DNA of 64,000 bases from Eledone cirrhosa (GCA_964016885.1 OZ024746.1:101494001-101558000), one strand, 5' to 3'. Positions 11,813 to 23,495 are shown, counted from the first letter of the stretch. Notes: generated from the sequence alone by a model not told the origin. Made by a program: numbers and translations.

Positions 11813-14800
11813 ATGGCTGATATAAGAGTTGGGTGTCTGAATGTACGTGGCCTGGGACTGTCTTGGAAACAAGGCAAACTTTTAAACGATCTCATGTCGC
11901 ATAGAATGGATGTAATGGCTATTTGCGAGTCCAGGATCAGCAGCGAGCACCAACTGGCGCCCCTCTTCGACGACTTTGAGATCTTTGCATCTCTCTGTCA
12001 ACCGGGGGGTGGGGGTGGAGTTGTCGTTCTGCTGCGAAAACACCTGGGCCTCGCCATACAGAAGATGCACCTGGACCCGGAGGGTCGACTGGTGGTTTTA
12101 GACGTCGGCAGTAGTGAAAGTGGAGCCCTTAGACTAATAGCTGTGTACACCCCTTTTTGGGCAGCGCGGCCGGAATACTTCCAACGTCTGGAAACTTTTC
12201 TGGGAACGTCCCGCTCCTTGCTTTTAGTGGGGGACTGGAATGGTATCCTGGATGCACGTTGGGACTATGTAGGGGCATGTGCCAATAGAGGGGGGTGTAA
12301 AAGCCTCAAAAGGTTAATCGGCCGATTTGACCTGGCCGATAGATATCGACTAGATTTTCTGACTGTACCACTATGGACGTGGACCAATCGCAGTGGAACA
12401 TCTAGGTCGTACCTAGATAGGGTCCTAGTTAGAGAGAAGGATAGGGACACATTTAGCTGTCCAAAAATGTTCATGGTTGACTATTCGGATCACAAGTTAG
12501 TGACCTGCATAGCCAACCTTGATAGAACCCATAGACAGGGACCCGGTTACTGGAAGTTGAACTTGTCCTTACCGAGAAGCAAAGCTTACAGAAAACGGAT
12601 TAGCACGTTAGTTAAGCAGAGTTTGACAGGGGCAATTGTCAACAACAGGTGGTGGAGCTCTCTTAAGAGAGCAATTAGAATAGAATCGATAGGTTTTAGT
12701 CAGGAATTAGCAAGGGATAGGAACAAGACGGAAAGGGAATTAGTAGATAGAGTAGAAGAGGCGATTAGGAGTGGCAATGTAGCCGGCGTGCTGGCATCAA
12801 GAATGGCCTTAGACCAGTTCTTTGAGGTGAAGCATGAAGGCTGCGTTGGCAGGAGTAAAATACGTGCTCTGGGTAATGAGGGAGCCAAAGCTGTAAGCTG
12901 GGCCCGAGTGACAGAGGCAAAAAGTGGGAACAAGTCCACGATTCGGTCTTTGAAGGACCAGGATGGGCGTGTGATCCTTGAACCTGGGCAGATGTGTGCG
13001 GCCTTTCAGCGGCACTTTGCACGACTGTTCGAGAGGGGCGGCGTGCCGGGTGAGACTATGGATTTCAATCCATACCTCGACGGTCTGCCGCGCCTCTCGG
13101 ACGCGGGGGCGAAGTCCTGTGAAAGGACGATTTCAGCTGCTGAGATAGGGGCGGCGCTGAGCCAATGCGGCAAACGCAAATCCCCGGGTCTCGATGGTCT
13201 ACCATACGAGCTATATGTAGCGATGCCGGACTTGTTCTCCGATATCCTCGAAGCGGTCTACTGCAACTGGCAGCAGAACGGGAGAATTCCCAGTTCTGTG
13301 ACCAAGGGCGTAGTTACGCTGGTGAGGAAGGATGAGAACAAGGGGGATGACATAAGTAACTTCAGGCCCATAACTCTGCTAAATACAGAGTTAAAGATTT
13401 TGGCCAAGGTGTTAGCGAAGAGGTTGGCGCTTGTCGTTGGAAACCTGGTGGGAGAAGCGCAGACATGCGCAATCCCGTCCAGGTCCATTCACGACAATCT
13501 CCACCTTATGCGATACATCATAGAGAGGGTAGGGAATGAACCCGGCTTTGGTGGGGCCCTGATCAACTTGGATCAATCTAAAGCATTCGATAGGGTTGAC
13601 CATCGTTACCTGGATGCGGTGCTCGCGGCGGCAGGCTTCGGACCCGTTTTCAGGGGTTGGAATGTTGCGATGCACAGCAGCAACGTCTGCTCAAGGGTCA
13701 AGGTGAACGACCACCTCTCGGAACCGTTCCAAATCATGCGATCCATCCGACAGGGATGCCCTCTCTCCTCCCTACTGTATGTGCTGGCTCTTGAGCCACT
13801 ACTGCGGAAGTTGGAGCGGTTGCAGGGCATCCCTTTGGAACCGGGATTGCAGAAAGCGGCGTCGGCCTACGCCGATGACGTGACAGTAATGGTGTCGAAA
13901 ACCTCGCAAATCGGTGAGATCGACACCTTACTGGAGGAATATGAAAGGTTTACAGGAGCCAAGCTGAACCGGGACAAGTCCGTCGGTTTGCAACTCGGAA
14001 CATGGAGAGGCAAACCGATGCCCTCCAACGACGTCGTTGGACGCTGGACGGAGGGCCCGGTGAAGCTGCTTGGGGTCTGGTTCGGACCAGACCTCCAGGT
14101 GGAGAAAAACTGGAACGAGGTAACGGCCAGGGTGTTTGCACTCACCCAGAAGTGGGCCCAGTGCAAACTATCCCTGAAAGGTCGAGCGGAGGTGGCGAAT
14201 ACTTATATAGCATCCGTCATCTATTACCGCTTGACCGTCGTGCCTTGCCCAGTGAAAAGACTCGCCAAAATGGAGTGCGCGCTGTTCCAATTTCTTTGGA
14301 ACAAGCGGACCCCTTTGGTGAGGAGATCCATCTGCTGTCAACACCCTTCGAAAGGAGGGCTGGGGATGCCATGGGTACAGATGTGTAAACACGCACTAAG
14401 GCTACGGCACCTCCAGGTATTCCTCACCGGTCAACCGGTGTGGGCCCCGTTTGTGAGGCGAGCCTTTCCCAGACTCGTCTCGCTCACCGAGCTGCAATCC
14501 TGGGTCAAGCAAAGACCGAGAAAAGTGGGCGACTGGCACATTGAATGTGCCCAGGCGCTCACGGCCCTCTGGAAAGCGGACCCGGCAATCAGTGGAGACT
14601 CCACCTCGACATTCTATAGAGGGTTGGTACGCAGCAGGTGCGACGATGCTCTCGGAGAAGCTCTAGGCATGGAGGAAGATGAACTGGCCAGTCTGTTCGG
14701 TAGGACGTTTGGCCCTGGACAGATGGACAACTTCCAAAAGTCCCTGGCTTGGCAGTGCTACCGAGAGGCTCTACCCGTTCGAGACAAGCTCCACAGGCAT

Positions 14801-15250
14801 GGGAGCCTGGGTAGAGATCCTTTGAATAAGATCTGTCCGAGATGCGTGCATGATGACGAAACCGTTGCGCACGCATTCGTACACTGCCCAGGCATTGCTG
14901 ACCTGTGGGGCTATGTGGAACGACTACTGTCGAGGGTGGGACCAATCCGGTTGACCACCGAGTCCATTGTCACGATCAAACCGCCTCCCCCTTTCAAAAA
15001 CGAAGGAGAGGCGGTTTTTCTCTGTGTGGTAGCCATGGCTAAAGAAGTTGTATGGTGGACGAGGCTGAAAGGGCTGAGGTCAGACACCTTTCTCTCCGGC
15101 CAACAACTGGTCCCCTTTTTCAAATACCATTTTAAAAGAAGGATCAGAATGGAGAGAGAGGTGCTCTACCCCAGCAAGTTTTATGAAAGGTGGGTGAAAG
15201 TAGGGAGAATGGCCAGAGTGAATGGGTCTTCTCTCTATATCAGCCTGTAG
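11813..15250 (+). CDS. ORF2: AP endonuclease + reverse transcriptase + C-terminal CCHC zinc finger (1145 aa, uninterrupted)
   Basis: APE motifs CLNVRGL, GDWN, SYLDRV, SDHK; RT motifs KSPGLDG, RPITLLN, DQSKAFDRVDH, RQGCPLS, YADD; GGLG motif; CPRC..ETVAHAFVHC. Confidence 0.96.
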   Translation: MADIRVGCLNVRGLGLSWKQGKLLNDLMSHRMDVMAICESRISSEHQLAPLFDDFEIFASLCQPGGGGGVVVLLRKHLGLAIQKMHLDPEGRLVVLDVGSSESGALRLIAVYTPFWAARPEYFQRLETFLGTSRSLLLVGDWNGILDARWDYVGACANRGGCKSLKRLIGRFDLADRYRLDFLTVPLWTWTNRSGTSRSYLDRVLVREKDRDTFSCPKMFMVDYSDHKLVTCIANLDRTHRQGPGYWKLNLSLPRSKAYRKRISTLVKQSLTGAIVNNRWWSSLKRAIRIESIGFSQELARDRNKTERELVDRVEEAIRSGNVAGVLASRMALDQFFEVKHEGCVGRSKIRALGNEGAKAVSWARVTEAKSGNKSTIRSLKDQDGRVILEPGQMCAAFQRHFARLFERGGVPGETMDFNPYLDGLPRLSDAGAKSCERTISAAEIGAALSQCGKRKSPGLDGLPYELYVAMPDLFSDILEAVYCNWQQNGRIPSSVTKGVVTLVRKDENKGDDISNFRPITLLNTELKILAKVLAKRLALVVGNLVGEAQTCAIPSRSIHDNLHLMRYIIERVGNEPGFGGALINLDQSKAFDRVDHRYLDAVLAAAGFGPVFRGWNVAMHSSNVCSRVKVNDHLSEPFQIMRSIRQGCPLSSLLYVLALEPLLRKLERLQGIPLEPGLQKAASAYADDVTVMVSKTSQIGEIDTLLEEYERFTGAKLNRDKSVGLQLGTWRGKPMPSNDVVGRWTEGPVKLLGVWFGPDLQVEKNWNEVTARVFALTQKWAQCKLSLKGRAEVANTYIASVIYYRLTVVPCPVKRLAKMECALFQFLWNKRTPLVRRSICCQHPSKGGLGMPWVQMCKHALRLRHLQVFLTGQPVWAPFVRRAFPRLVSLTELQSWVKQRPRKVGDWHIECAQALTALWKADPAISGDSTSTFYRGLVRSRCDDALGEALGMEEDELASLFGRTFGPGQMDNFQKSLAWQCYREALPVRDKLHRHGSLGRDPLNKICPRCVHDDETVAHAFVHCPGIADLWGYVERLLSRVGPIRLTTESIVTIKPPPPFKNEGEAVFLCVVAMAKEVVWWTRLKGLRSDTFLSGQQLVPFFKYHFKRRIRMEREVLYPSKFYERWVKVGRMARVNGSSLYISL

Positions 15251-15487
15251 GTGAAAGAAGAGGAAAAAGAGGAGACGAGGGAAGCACCTACTCTTTGTGC
15301 TCCTGAGGAGAAGGGTTACACATTTTTTCCGGGGTGTGTGCGACCCATGTTAATGCCCCCTCCCTATTGAGGACTTCGTTTGTTGTTGTTATTTCATTGT
15401 TATATTTTTGTACTCGTTAATTATATGTAAACTTCCCCCCTTGTATCTGTCCCTACCTTTTGTGCCCTAGTGGCAAATAAAGAAACC

Positions 15488-16090
15488 ACTCTATATATAC
15501 TATTGTATTGTCACAGTACAGGCTTTACCTCACATAATATCTCACATAACATTTATATTACTCTATATATACTATTGTATTGTCACAGTACAGGCTTTAC
15601 CTCACATAATACCTCACATAACATTTACATTACTCTATATATACTATTGTATTTTCACAGTAAAGGCTTTACCTCACATAACATTTACATTACACTATAT
15701 ATACTATTGTATTTCCACAGTAAAGACTTTACCTCACATAATATCTCACATAACATTTACATTACTCTATATATACTATTGTATTTCCACAGTAAAGGCT
15801 TTACCTCACATAATATCTCACATAACATTTACATTACTCTATATATACTATTGTATTTTCACAGTAAAGGCTTTACCTCACATAACATTTACATTACACT
15901 ATATATACTATTGTATTTCCACAGTAAAGACTTTACCTCACATAATATCTCACATAACATTTACATTACTCTATATATACTATTGTATTGTCACAGTACA
16001 GGTTTTACGTCACATAATACCTCACATAACATTTACATTACTCTATATATACTATTGTATTGTCACAGTAAAGGCTTTACCTCACATAGT
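15488..16090. repeat. 72/60-bp tandem repeat, 9 units (plus one unit at 9778-9850)
   Basis: Unit ACTCTATATATACTATTGTATTTTCACAGTAAAGGCTTTACCTCACATAA(TATCTCACATAA)CATTTACATT. Confidence 0.93.
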
Positions 16091-16854
16091 ATCAAATTTA
16101 TGAGATTTTGATGTCATTTATTTTGAGAACAATACCTTAACATCAGTATGAGTGGCCAGTTACAACCGATTTGAACAAAAAGAGGTGAGAGAATTCTGGC
16201 TGTTACAACCGGTTTAAATGCTAAAGGGCTATTTGTACCAAGTAGAACCTCGAGGATTGTTAAGTCCAAGAGTCTGATTACACTGTCAGCCTCCTCCTCC
16301 TCTTTATGGATGTCACTTGAAAGAAGTCACATCCAACATTCTTCACTTTTGTCACCATCTAAACTATAATAAAGTAAGGACTGCGGGACTGCGTATGGTT
16401 TATTTCTTTTAATCCAGTTAATAAAATAAGTTGGATTACTTTGAATAAATAGTGTATGAATATTACATAATTTATGTACTATTATATAATTTATGTACTA
16501 TTACATAATTTATGTACTATTACATAATTTATGTACTAAATTTTGTAACCATAAATAATTTCAAATTGACTTCTTTTCAAAGTTTTCACTTCCGGTATAT
16601 CATCGCCACCACCACCACTTCAACTACCATATATATAGAAAGAGAGAGTGATGGGAGAGATAGAGAGATTATGACTTTCTACACCTGATGCGTATGAGTG
16701 TGCACATACATACATCTATATGTATGAGCATATAACTATTATGAGTATATAACTATAATCACGCAAACACAAACTTATAAAAATATACTCTCACAGACAT
16801 AATTCACACAAACATACATACATTCACACATACTTTCACACAAATATACATACA

Positions 16855-17700
16855 CTAGCTGACGTACCCAGCTTCGCCCGGGTAAACAGATGATAAGAGA
16901 AGACAGGTAAAAGAGAAAAAGACTGTATTGGATGTTTGTCTGATTACAGTATGAGGCGTGTCAGTGGTATGATACAAAAAGCAGTAAAAAAATCTTCCAA
17001 ATATACCAGATTCTTCGTTGTACCGTTTGTGCATAGTATATGAACAATTCTAGGTGCTCCCACCTAGAATAGTGACCTCTAGGAGATGGTTCATCTTCTG
17101 CCTGACTGTAAAACGTGTATCATTGCATAGACGTGGTTGTTGCACGTTTCTCAAAAGGATGATGGATGTTCCAATCTTTTATATTATATGTAGATATAGA
17201 TATAGACAATTAATATAAAAGATGATGCTCAGCCAGTTCGTCTTTAACCATCACAGAACGCCGTCGCTGCTTAGTTCCAGTGTTTCGTTGGCGTTGTTCA
17301 GCCAGCTCCTCTTCATTCATAGCGAAACGTCTTTGCCTCTGAAGTTCGGCGTTCCGATGGCGCTGTTCGGCCCGTTTTTCTTCATTCCTGGCTGCACGCC
17401 GTCGCCACTGTAGTTCACTGTTTGATAAAGTCGAATTGCTTTTACTTTCTGTGGAACGCTGCACGCACACACACATAAACATATGCGCATGTACATACAC
17501 ACACATACATGGTAATAGTTACAGCGTTCACTTTGCCTCTCTGTTTCTTACTCTCCCCTCTCACTCCCTCATTGGCATTAAGCATATTAATTTAAGTTTG
17601 GCGTCGTTGAGGTGGGCGGAGTCGTTTGAAACCTATGAACCAATGATAATCGAGAATTATGACACACGGAATACTGACATTGTTGAAATTAATATATAGA
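16855..17700 (-). mobile_element. Non-autonomous Helitron (composite, two 5' ends)
   Basis: Minus strand begins A|TCTATATATTAA (17700) and ends with hairpin TACCCGGGCGAAGCTGGGTA then CAGCTAG|T (16855); insertion between A and T; second TCTATATCTACATATAATATAAAA start near 17206. Confidence 0.85.
17210..17460 (-). pseudogene. Fragment with 23-aa Arg/Glu-rich repeats (STPR-like), probably a Helitron protein N-terminal remnant
   Basis: RRAARNEEKRAEQRHRNAELQRQ / RRFAMNEEELAEQRQRNTGTKQR / RRSVMVKDELAEHH, period 23 aa. Confidence 0.6.
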
Positions 17701-17829
17701 TTCACACATACTTTCACACAAACATACATACAAACATATATAGATTTACACAAACACAGACATACAGTCATGATAGCGTTCGGTTTAATTGGAAATGGGA
17801 GGGTAAAACAAGTATAACATTTTATTTAT

Positions 17830-18510
17830 TTATTAACTCTTTCTTTTTTAAACTCATTTAATATAATGGTTACAGAACGAAAACACTAACAAATATAATA
17901 TATACAAAGGAAAGGGAAGGGAAAAAAAGAAAGAGAAAAAATACACAAGCACGTAATACCCACATATTAAACCCCATAGAACAAAATGCAGACTAAAGGG
18001 GTGGAAAAACGAGCCGCTACCAGAGCAAAATATAGAAATATAGTGAGGAGCACTGGGAAACCTCTCTAATAATTTTTCAGACAGGCCAACATGCTTGCAG
18101 TGTTACCTGGGGTGATGGTGAGGCTGAGGTGCTGGAACAACCAAGTGCCCTCATGAGCATCACCAGTTACCTCTGTTTGGTGAGCCGCCAGTGAAGATAA
18201 GAACCTCGCTGTCAGTAGCCTGACTCCCACAAACGTCTCGAACGCCACAGGCTGGATAATGTAGTTAGCTGACAGAACACAGTATTTTAGGATTTTGTTC
18301 CGTTCAGCTGCGGATGCTGTAGCTCTCGTCCTTACCTCTGCATCCAGATTGTGGGAAGAAGCAAAAGAGTCACTAACTGTGACGTCCCAGGTAAGGCACC
18401 TGCCTCTTGACCAGGAGCACAGAGCAAGACTGTCAAGTCTTTTCCCATCAATTCTGGACAACCCAGACGGTTCCAAAATTGAGATGTTTGCCCAGGCCAA
18501 AGCTCTTGAG
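17830..18510 (-). mobile_element. CRE-like non-LTR retrotransposon 3' fragment (restriction-like endonuclease)
   Basis: LEPSGLSRIDGKRLDSL..WSRGRCLTWDVTV..AERNKILKY..PVAFETF..LFQHLSL..GN; 3' UTR shared with the copy at 35.7-36.6 kb. Confidence 0.82.
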
Positions 18511-18714
18511 TGATAATAGAACAGTGTATGTGCACGCGCGTGAGTTTGTCGGCATTCTTAAATTAGAGACACGTGCGTGTGTGTGTCACTGTTTATAAGT
18601 TAGAGACATATGTGTGTATCCCTTTCCTTCCTTTTACACACACACACATACATTGACACAAACACACATACACATTGCGTGATGGACGGGTGGACAGAAG
18701 TCCCTCAAATTTAT

Positions 18715-19270
18715 ATACATGTGAATGGAGTTCTACTGAAGCAGTTAAAGAGGTTCAAGTATTTCGGGGTCGTGTTCACGAGTGATGGAATGCTGGAGAC
18801 TGAATTAAGTGCAAGAATTGCAAAAGCTGATGCAGTAAAGCACCAGCCTCAGCATTCAGCAATCAGAAGAAAGGGGGTAGGTGTAAAAGCCAAACTTGCT
18901 GTCTTCCTGGTATTCCTGCCAACTCTTACCGAGGATCATGAATCTTGAGTAATGACCAAAAGAATACAATTGCAAATAAAAGCGGCAGAAATGACATTTC
19001 TCCGAAGGGTCTTTGGAGTAACGTTACTCGATAAAGTGTATAACTCAGAGACCAGAGAGTCACTCCTGGTAGAGCCGCTACTTCTCCGAATTGAGAGATC
19101 ACAACTCCGATACTAAGGGCATGTGGTTAGAATGTCTCAGTAAAGAATCGCTGGACACATTTTACAGGCTAAACCAACTGGCAAGAGATCCAGAGGTAGA
19201 CCCTGAGCAAGATAGTTGGATAACATCCATGAGCTTGGCTGGTCATGCTTTGGGATTAAAACCAAACCAG
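18715..19270 (+). mobile_element. RTE-like LINE 3' fragment (degenerate)
   Basis: LKQLKRFKYFGVVFTSDG..ELSARIAKA, then AAEMTFLR and a GKRSRGRP C-terminal region; related copy at 39125-39390. Confidence 0.78.
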
Positions 19271-19271
19271 T

Positions 19272-19640
19272 CCATATTAGTATACTTGGCATTCCTCTGC
19301 TGCCACGGTTATATTCTTGTGATGCTAAACTTCGCCAGTTGCAGACTCCACATCAACATGTGATATATCTCTCCACAAAGTTCGATCACCAGCAACAGAG
19401 TTCAAAGAGCAAAGATCAAGTCCAGTCCAAAAGTTGACATTATCAAGCCAATGTTTTGGCTGTTGGCCTCTGCTTCTCATACCAGCCAACCTTCCTTCCA
19501 GACATAACCTACTCACACCATGAGTTGATCTTTTTATATGACTGTATAGTTTGAATACTCTTGACTTGACAATTGATGTAATTGGTCTAAGTTTGGTAAT
19601 GTTGAGCAGCTCACTGCAGAACAAACAACCATTCATGATT
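19272..19640 (-). mobile_element. RTE-like LINE 3' fragment
   Basis: KLYSHIKR..LEGRLAGMRSRGQQPKHWLDNV..DRTLWR, typical RTE C-terminus. Confidence 0.75.
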
Positions 19641-20007
19641 TGATGTCAGATGCCTTTTCATCTATCTTAGCTAGCGAGATAGCTCATGCCATCAAAAATT
19701 TGAAGCGAGGAAAAATCCCTGGACTGGACAACATATACTCAGAATTCACTGTTATATAAGAAGAGATAACTATATCAATATATTGACTATTCTTGGTCAG
19801 ATGGTAGGCTGTAGTTCTCTTCCCCTGATTATTTGAAGAATTACAGTTCCATCACAATCACAGATCCAAACTTCTCTCAGATAGAAACACTTCACGAAAG
19901 CACAAAATTAAGATACTCTGCTTCAATGGATTATCTTGTTTTGGGTGAATAATACCACCTCTGAGATATTCTCTCACCTTTTAACATCACTGTTGATGAG
20001 GAATTAA

Positions 20008-20320
20008 TAGTGGTTGTAGTAGTAGCGGTTGTAGTAGTAGTTGTAGCGGTTGTAGTTGTAGTAGTAGTAGTGGTTGTAGTAGTAGTAGTGGTTGTAGTAG
20101 TAGTAGTGGTGGTAGTGGTTGTTGTATTAGTAGTGGTTGTAGTATTAGTAGTGGTTGTAGTAGTAGTAGTGGTTGTAGAAGTAGTAGTGGTAGTAGTAGT
20201 AGTAGTGGTTGTTGTAGTAGTAGTAGTGGTAGTAGTAGTAGTGGTTGTAGTAGTAGTAGTGGTTGTAGTAGTAGTAGTGGTTGTAGTTTAAGGAAAAGGG
20301 ATGTGGTGGTAGTGGTAGTA

Positions 20321-20384
<64 letters not shown>

Positions 20385-20474
20385 CAAGAGTAGTAGCAGT
20401 AGTAGTGGTGGTGGTGGTAGTAGTGGTGATAGTAGTAGTGGTCGTGGTGGTGGTGGTAGTAGTAGTAACAGGAG

Positions 20475-20514
<40 letters not shown>

Positions 20515-20534
20515 GGTGGTGGTAGTAGTGGTGA

Positions 20535-20572
<38 letters not shown>

Positions 20573-20787
20573 ACAGGAGTAGTAGTAGTGGTGGTGGTGG
20601 TAGTAGTGGTGGTATTAGTAGTGGTGGTGGTGGTAGTGGTGGTAGTAGTAGTAACCGTAGTAGTGGTAGTAGTAGCAGTAGTAGTAACAGGAGTAGTAGT
20701 AGTAGTAGTGGTAGTAGCAGTAGTAGTAGCAGTAGTAGTGGTAGTAGTAGTGGTAGTAGCAGTAGTAGTAGCAGTAGTAGTGGTAGT
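20008..20787. repeat. (GTA/GTG)n trinucleotide repeat region
   Basis: Direct reading; source of poly-V ORFs. Confidence 0.95.
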
Positions 20788-20950
20788 GAAGCAAGAATCC
20801 TATATCCTAGCCCAGTAGAGGCTAGGCTTTGTTTATATTGCTTCTTTGGATTGGTTTAAGAATATCAACAGGAAATATTACAACAGTTAAACTGTAAATA
20901 AATTTATTAGGTCAAAGAGGTTATGCCATTAGTTTTTCTGATTTTTATGT

Positions 20951-21066
<116 letters not shown>

Positions 21067-21150
21067 AAAGGTAAACAGAAATAACAACACAATCGGTACA
21101 GTATATGGAAGGGATATATTAGGTTAACACTTGATATAGCAGGAAGAGGG

Positions 21151-21186
21151 TCTTAACGTTTCGGACGCCAGTCCTTCATCAGAAGA
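21151..21186 (-). ncRNA. Minimal type I hammerhead ribozyme motif
   Basis: UCUU-CUGAUGA-A-GGAC-UGGC-GUCC-GAA-ACGU-U-AAGA; stem I UCUU/AAGA, palindromic stem III ACGU. Confidence 0.7.
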
Positions 21187-21499
21187 AAGAATGAAGGGAC
21201 AGGCGGGGTGGAATTGGAAAAAATGTTTTTAGAGAAAAATAACTGGTCTATTCATATTGCCACACACATATGCTTACGCACGTGCACGAGTATAGCTCTT
21301 TTTACAAAACGTTTTTTTTTCCATTTCAGGTAGACGCGCTCCATCATCCACATTTCTAAAAAATAAATCATACACAAAACGCCCACACCAACAGTTTTGC
21401 AAGAGATGTCAACATGAATGGACCTGTTATTTTTATCTAAAGACATTTTTTCCAATTCCAGCTTGCCCGTCCCCTCAATCTATCTTATTTCTCATTCTT

Positions 21500-21535
21500 T
21501 CTTCTGATGAAGGACTAACATCCGAAACGTTAATC
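21500..21535 (+). ncRNA. Degenerate minimal hammerhead motif (other arm of the foldback)
   Basis: UCUU-CUGAUGA-A-GGAC-UAAC-AUCC-GAAACGUU-AA; stems I and II weakened. Confidence 0.5.
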
Positions 21536-21622
21536 TAATATATCTTTTCCATATACTGTACCTATTGTGTTGTTATTTCTGTTTACCTTTTACATTATAT
21601 ATATATATATATATATATATAT

Positions 21623-21997
21623 AACGTTTGGAGTTAGAAGGTCAGAACAATGCAGGTATGGATATAGAATATCAATACAAATGCAAAAGATATCGCTGAC
21701 AATTAGTCTTTTACCTTAAATTGTATATCCTGATATTTCCAGATAATATCTCTTCTGAGGAAAGTAAAGGGGTTAATTCAGTGTTCTAATTAGCTTGCCA
21801 AGTCATGCTGACAGGAAATAGTATAGAAATTCCATTCTATTTCTAATGTCAAAGAGTGAAGGTTTAGGTGGATAAAGAGTTGTCTCCCTTTAAAAGGGTT
21901 TGGACATGTATGTCTAAGTGTGTGTATGTGTGCGTGAGAGAGTATGTGAAGGTGTAAGCATGCGCGCGCGCGCGCGCGTGTGTGTGTGTGCGCGCGC

Positions 21998-22030
<33 letters not shown>

Positions 22031-23431
22031 AGAGGATATGTTTATATGTAAATGTGGGAGCTAGATGCTCTATCATGTTAAAACTGGTCTATCTGTGTGT
22101 GTGTGAGAGAGAATAAGTAAAAGTGTAAGCGTGCGTGTGTGTGAGGATACGTGGAGGTGTAAGTGTGGGGCTACGTGCTCTATCATATTAAAAATTGGGT
22201 GTTGAGTTCTAGTCTATTATTGATTGGTGGTTGTGTTTTGTCTATAATTAATGCTTCTTTAATTCTAAGATTGCCGAGATTTCTTTCCTTAGCTTCTATC
22301 CTAACTATTATGTTTTTGTCGGTGTTTTTGCATTTCACTAGGTGTTTCTTAAATGAGGAAGCGTTAGTGTTGAGGTGTTCTTTTATTCTAATGTGAAGTG
22401 GTCTGGTGGTGCTACCTATGTATAAATTGCTGCATTTGTCGCACTCTAGTCTGTATACGATGTAAGTCTGGTGGAATAGGTCTGTGTCGTTGATGGGGCA
22501 GTTGGCCAGCGTGCAGCGGCTGTCTTGTCTGGTGGAGTGTCTCATGGTTAGCTGTCCGCGTAGGGAAGGTCCTGAGTGGGCTAGCTGGATATCTAGTCCC
22601 TCTCGTCTGATAGCTCTGTGGATGGCTGTTGTAGTTTCGTCACTGAAGTGAGGGAGCTTCAGGAAGCAGGTGTTAGTGCCTCGGGTGTGGTGTCCTCTGT
22701 TGTTTCTAGCACGGTTCGCGGTGGACGTCGGGTATCCATTCAGTTTAAGTACTTCCAGGAAATGTGTGGTGTGTGTGTATCGGTCTCTTGAGTCGGTTCA
22801 TTTGTTCTGGATACATGTTAGTTTGTTCCTCATGTATCCGAACTTAACACTGAGTGGGAGGGCTGATCTGAAATGTACGAACAGGTTCCTGCTGGCGGTT
22901 TTTTTTATAGAAGCAGGTGTGGATGTCGCCTTCCTCTGTTACCCTGAGTTGGAAGTCCGGTAGGGATAGGGATCTGCGGTTATGAGGGTATTCCATGCTG
23001 AACTTTATATTGGTGTCCATGCTGGAGAATGTCATGTATATTTTATTCGCTTCCTCACGGGATGATGTAAGGATGAGTATGTCATCTACATATCGGGTGA
23101 AGAAGGTATAGGAATGGCAGGTATTGAGGGCTCGGCATTCCAGCTGGTTCGTATAAGTGATGGCCAGCAGGCCCGATAGGCTGGATCCCATGGGTAATCC
23201 TGTTGTCTGTCTGTATGTGTGGTGGTGGAAGGTGAAGTACGTGTTGTCCACTGTGAAGGACAAACGCTGGTGTATGTCCGTCGGATGGAGGCCGTAGCAG
23301 TGGACGTCTTCTGCGATAACGCAGTCTGTTAAGAAATCGACAGCTGGATGAGCGGGGACTGTAGTGTAGAGGGAGACAACGTCGAGGCTAAAGGCGCATC
23401 TATTGAGTTTAAGTTGTTCTGGCTGGAGTTG

Positions 23432-23434
<3 letters not shown>
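21623..23434 (-). mobile_element. Penelope-like element, 5'-truncated, RT + C-terminal GIY-YIG endonuclease (frameshifted)
   Basis: RT motifs FSLDVVSLYT, GLPMGSSLSG, RYVDD; GIY-YIG IVYRLECDKCSNLYIGSTTRPLHIRIKEH..KEALII..PPINN; both ends abut (TA)n. Confidence 0.92.
21728..21761 (-). ncRNA. Decayed minimal hammerhead motif in the PLE 3' region
   Basis: UCCU-CAGAAGA-GAUAUUAUC-UG-GAA-AUAU-C-AGGA; stem I UCCU/AGGA, palindromic AUAU; core deviates from CUGANGA. Confidence 0.4.

Positions 23435-23495
<61 letters not shown>

Larger units (their letters stand above)
9851..15485 (+). mobile_element. Near full-length Tx1-like (L1-clade) non-LTR retrotransposon
   Basis: 5' UTR with AGACGTG motif, ORF1 with a CCHC knuckle, ORF2 APE-RT-CCHC, 3' UTR ending AATAAAGAAA (15476-15485); GC much higher than flanks. 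Confidence 0.93.
9768..16228. mobile_element. TTAA/piggyBac-type MITE with an internally amplified 72/60-bp tandem repeat, interrupted by the Tx1-like LINE
   Basis: Left TTAA|CCCTTTACCATTTA (9764-9781); right TAAATGCTAAAGGG (16215-16228; right TSD decayed to CTAT). Segments 9768-9850 and 16040-16228 align with the reverse complement of the intact copy at 50706-50901. Confidence 0.82.

Noticed and set aside
11882-15123. Antisense and alternative-frame ORFs inside ORF2
   Set aside because: Short shadows of a GC-rich coding region with no recognisable motifs.
9786-15552. 65-bp TSD around the Tx1-like element
   Set aside because: The flanks are units of a pre-existing tandem array and differ at two positions, unlikely for so young an insertion.
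15470-16111. 213-aa ORF after the LINE as a third ORF
   Set aside because: Reads through the 72/60-bp target repeat outside the element.
20010-20818. Poly-Val ORFs
   Set aside because: (GTA/GTG)n repeat.
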